A stretch of DNA of 64,000 nucleotides, taken from contig JBAZZD010000003.1 of assembly GCA_041659005.1 (NCBI GenBank), forward strand, positions 2,650 through 66,649. Reading direction: 5' to 3'. Origin of the DNA: Minisyncoccota bacterium (GTDB taxonomy: Bacteria; Patescibacteriota; Minisyncoccia; UBA6257; GWB1-50-10). The notes below the pieces were generated by a model. That model was not told where the DNA came from. It worked only from the letters and a program-made list of their open reading frames with translations, and ran no database searches. The position numbers and the translations under genes are program-made. Position 1 is the first letter of the stretch; every line of letters starts with the position of its first letter. Shown one piece after another: positions 61,241-64,000 of this stretch.

Positions 61241-62329
61241 ATGAGCATAGTTAAGAAAATAGGACTAATAGGAACACTTGCGGGCACCATGATCGGCGCG
61301 GGCATTTTTTCGTTGCCGTATATGTTTAGCGCAGTTGGCGCAACAAAAGGAATTTTATTTCTCCTCTTTTTTTCGGTTGTATATACAATAGTTCATTCAA
61401 TGTATGCGATGCTGGTTATCAAAAACCCAGGAATGGAATTTGGTTCAATTGCAAAAAAATATCTTGGCGCGTTTGGCGCGGTAGTTCAGTGGTTAATAGT
61501 TGGAGAGTTACTGTTGGTATGTTTGGCATATCTTATTCTTGCGCCTGAATTCTTTCTTATTCTTTTCGGAGGAAATTATCAGCTGTATATTCTTTGTTTT
61601 TGGATTTTTGGTGTTTTCGGGATGTTATTATCAATGAAGTGGATTGAAATATCAGAAACAGCAGGGCTTGTTGGGATTTTTGGACTTATTGGTATAGTTG
61701 GATGGTTTGGATTTATACTGGGAAATTCTGTTTCTTGGAATAAAGAAATAACAGCCTTGCCTCAATTACTTCTTCCATTTGGGCCACTATTGTTTGCATT
61801 TTCTGGAAGACCAAGCATTGCTCGTATAGTGCGTTCTTTGGAAAAGACAGAAAAGAAATATGTGTATTCAATAATTATTTGGGGGACGAGTATTCCAGCT
61901 TTCCTATATGGAGTATATACGCTTGGCATGCTTCGTATGGGTGGCGGGAGCGGAGTTCTTGATGCGATTTCAAGTTTTCCATGGATTATTCCTTCGGTTC
62001 TTGCGGTACTAGGAATTATTGTTTTATGGACTTCTTATTTTATTGTCGGAATTAATGTAAGAGATATTCTTGTATATGACGCGCATATTAAAAAAATAGC
62101 AGCGTTCCTGATTGCTTCATGTGTTCCACTTATTTTGAGTTTTTTTGGAATAAAGGATTTTATAAAAGTGATAGGTTTTATTGGCGGTGTGTTTTTAGCG
62201 CTTGAAGGAATATTTATTGTTGCGATGTGGTGGAAACAGGCAGACAAAAATATCTTTTTTTATTTTTCATTTCTTATTTTTATCATTTTTTGTATTGCGC
62301 TAGCGCAAGAGGTTATACTATTTATATAA
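61241..62329 (+). CDS. HAAAP-family amino acid permease-like membrane protein
   Basis: About 10 TM helices, IGAGIFSLP motif typical of hydroxy/aromatic amino acid permeases. Confidence 0.45.
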   Translation: MSIVKKIGLIGTLAGTMIGAGIFSLPYMFSAVGATKGILFLLFFSVVYTIVHSMYAMLVIKNPGMEFGSIAKKYLGAFGAVVQWLIVGELLLVCLAYLILAPEFFLILFGGNYQLYILCFWIFGVFGMLLSMKWIEISETAGLVGIFGLIGIVGWFGFILGNSVSWNKEITALPQLLLPFGPLLFAFSGRPSIARIVRSLEKTEKKYVYSIIIWGTSIPAFLYGVYTLGMLRMGGGSGVLDAISSFPWIIPSVLAVLGIIVLWTSYFIVGINVRDILVYDAHIKKIAAFLIASCVPLILSFFGIKDFIKVIGFIGGVFLALEGIFIVAMWWKQADKNIFFYFSFLIFIIFCIALAQEVILFI

Positions 62330-63649
62330 ATGAACAAAGAAAAAACAGCACAATGGATGGCAATTCTCTCTCTTTTTTTAATTCCTTTCAATATAAAGAA
62401 ATTCATTACTTTATTGATTGGTAACGGCGAGTATTTTCCTCTTGAATTATCTAGCGCATTTTTGTATCTTTCAGAAATTTTCTCAATTTTTTTTATTCTT
62501 TTTGTGATAATTACGAAAAGAAAGGAATTTTTATTACTCTGTCGGTTGCTTTGGCCATTATTTTTATTGCTCGGGATTTCAATTATTTCAATCGCAATAA
62601 GCGACTCACTTCTGCTATCAATTGTTTCATGCGTGCACTTATTTTTTATAACACTCTTTACTGTTGCGGTCGCGACAGTAATCCACTCACAAATACTTTC
62701 AGTTCGTGACGCAATGAAAGTATTTGCCATTTCTGCGCTTTTACAGGCAGAAATTGCGATTTTGCAATTTGTTAATCAGGGATCAATCGGACTACATTTT
62801 TTTGGAGAAGAAACAATTAATGCGCTTACTCAAGGCGTTGCAAAGATTGAGGTGTTTGGATCAATTTTTATTCGTTCGTATGGAACATTTCCACACCCAA
62901 ACATACTTGGTGGATTTCTTGTCTTGGGAGTCATTGCGTGGATTTATCTTTTTTCTTCTCCATCAAAACGACATGGAGTGTTCCACCGGTCCACTTCTCT
63001 TATTGGGTTGTTTGTTGTTTTGCTTGGTCTTGTATTTTCATTCTCTCGGTCAGCTTGGATTGCAGCAATTGTTTCCTTCATTTTATGCATCATTATTCTT
63101 TTTAGTAAAAAAGAATATTCATCTGTTGCTCGAGAACTTGTTTTGAGCGGTATGATTTTTGGTGCCATATTACTTGGAATGGTTGGATGGGCCCTTGTTT
63201 CGAGGGGAACTATAAAAAATGATTCTGCAATAAATGAACGAAAGGTATACACATATATTGCAGTTGATATGATGGGCGAGTATCCGTTTGGTGTTGGAAT
63301 AGGAAATGGGATAGTCCGTGCGGAACAAGAGGGAAGATATGACGCATATGGCCTCGCGAGCAAAGCAACGCATCAACCAGTTCATAATATTTATTTACTT
63401 ATAGCCGAAGAGTTGGGAATTGTAGGAGTTATTGTTTTTCTTTTTTTCGTTGGGAATTTGTTTGTTATAAAAAAACAAAAAACACATCTTATTGATGTCT
63501 CATTTTTACTTGTTATGTTTGTCTCGTTTCTTTTTATTGGATTATTTGATCACTATCTACTTACGCTTAATGCGGGCCGATTGATGTTTTTTTCAATTTT
63601 AGGGATAATAGCCGGACTTTCTCTAAAGACAGAAAAAGAGCCCTTGTAG
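62330..63649 (+). CDS. O-antigen ligase-like (Wzy_C domain) polytopic membrane protein
   Basis: Multiple TMs with periplasmic loop and FSFSRSAWIAAIVSF helix typical of Wzy_C. Confidence 0.5.
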   Translation: MNKEKTAQWMAILSLFLIPFNIKKFITLLIGNGEYFPLELSSAFLYLSEIFSIFFILFVIITKRKEFLLLCRLLWPLFLLLGISIISIAISDSLLLSIVSCVHLFFITLFTVAVATVIHSQILSVRDAMKVFAISALLQAEIAILQFVNQGSIGLHFFGEETINALTQGVAKIEVFGSIFIRSYGTFPHPNILGGFLVLGVIAWIYLFSSPSKRHGVFHRSTSLIGLFVVLLGLVFSFSRSAWIAAIVSFILCIIILFSKKEYSSVARELVLSGMIFGAILLGMVGWALVSRGTIKNDSAINERKVYTYIAVDMMGEYPFGVGIGNGIVRAEQEGRYDAYGLASKATHQPVHNIYLLIAEELGIVGVIVFLFFVGNLFVIKKQKTHLIDVSFLLVMFVSFLFIGLFDHYLLTLNAGRLMFFSILGIIAGLSLKTEKEPL

Positions 63650-63711
63650 TTGAATGGATACAATACCTCCCTCCGAAGGAGGTGGTGCAGGTTCGATTCC
63701 TGCCAAGGGCA
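63640..63711 (+). tRNA. tRNA-Arg (anticodon CCG)
   Basis: Acceptor GCCCTTG/CAAGGGC, anticodon arm CCTCC-CTCCGAA-GGAGG, T-arm GCAGG-TTCGATT-CCTGC; overlaps last 10 nt of upstream CDS. Confidence 0.8.
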
Positions 63712-63925
63712 CAAAAGAAGCGAACCGTAGGCGCACGATAATAAGGAGTGGAACACGACTATATTATCGTAGCGTTTCGACTGAAAGGAGAAGCGATTTC
63801 CTGCCAAGGGCACAAAAGAAGCGAACCGTAGGCGCACGATAATAAGGAGTGGAACACGACTATATTATCGTAGCGTTTCGACTGAAAGGAGAAGCGATTT
63901 CCTGCCAAGCCTGCCTGCCGGTAGG
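63697..63925 (+). repeat. tandem repeat: about 100-bp unit x2 plus partial third copy, beginning inside the tRNA-Arg T-loop/3' acceptor and ending with a GC hairpin
   Basis: Unit ttcctgccaagggcacaaaagaagcgaaccgtaggcgcacgataataaggagtggaacacgactatattatcgtagcgtttcgactgaaaggagaagcgatt repeated at 63701 and 63801 (one extra t), third copy truncated at 63909. Confidence 0.85.
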
Positions 63926-64000
63926 CAGGGGCACACAACGCAGAACTCAACCGAGTGATTTAATTTACAATTTATAAATTTTCCGTCCTAGGCGCCTGCC

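Noticed and set aside
63697-63925. Possible CRISPR array
   Set aside because: The entire 100-bp unit is repeated with no unique spacers, and the period is far too long for repeat+spacer; it is a tandem duplication.
63553-63950. ORFs 63553-63837(-), 63654-63842(+), 63759-63950(-)
   Set aside because: They lie entirely within tRNA-Arg and the 100-bp tandem repeat; repetitive peptide content and no start context.

Overview
Low-GC, gene-dense bacterial chromosomal segment, almost all coding, with a Candidate-Phyla-Radiation (Patescibacteria)-like character: short proteins, a minimal YidC, many secreted or membrane hypotheticals. It carries the replication-origin neighbourhood (rpmH-rnpA-yidC-jag divergent from dnaA-dnaN, with tandem DnaA boxes). 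Housekeeping genes include ftsH, rpsA-like S1, gyrA, rpsO-(NYN)-pnp, comM, ksgA, a class A PBP, ruvC, polA, tsaE, ruvB, pilB, rpsT, ruvA, a Mur ligase, a beta-CASP RNase, and three tRNAs (Val-TAC, Leu-TAG, Arg-CCG). The accessory content is a type-IV-secretion-like locus on the plus strand (about 23.4-39.7 kb). It holds a VirB6-like polytopic membrane protein, a VirB3-like small membrane protein, and a VirB4 ATPase that appears split into two ORFs by a small GIY-YIG nuclease gene bounded by 12-bp inverted repeats. It also holds two paralogous proteins whose VirB2/TrbC-like pilin N-terminus is fused to peptidoglycan-hydrolase domains (one lytic-transglycosylase-like, one LAS/M15-like), sharing a 393-bp 100%-identical coding repeat, plus several secreted hypotheticals. 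Three tandem VirB2/TrbC-like pilin paralogs sit separately at 10.3-11.6 kb. Other features are a perfect 63-bp-arm inverted repeat (about 160 bp) with TA flanks between holA-like and rpsT, tRNA 3'-end duplications at both window edges, a dispersed CCCGTTAGAGA short-repeat family, and a strong hairpin in the rpsO leader. CDS coordinates follow the supplied ORF track, whose ORFs are extended to the furthest upstream ATG/GTG/TTG. RNA and repeat coordinates were counted from the displayed sequence and may be off by 1-2 nt, because the ORF track and my displayed-sequence counts disagree by one nt in some stretches.
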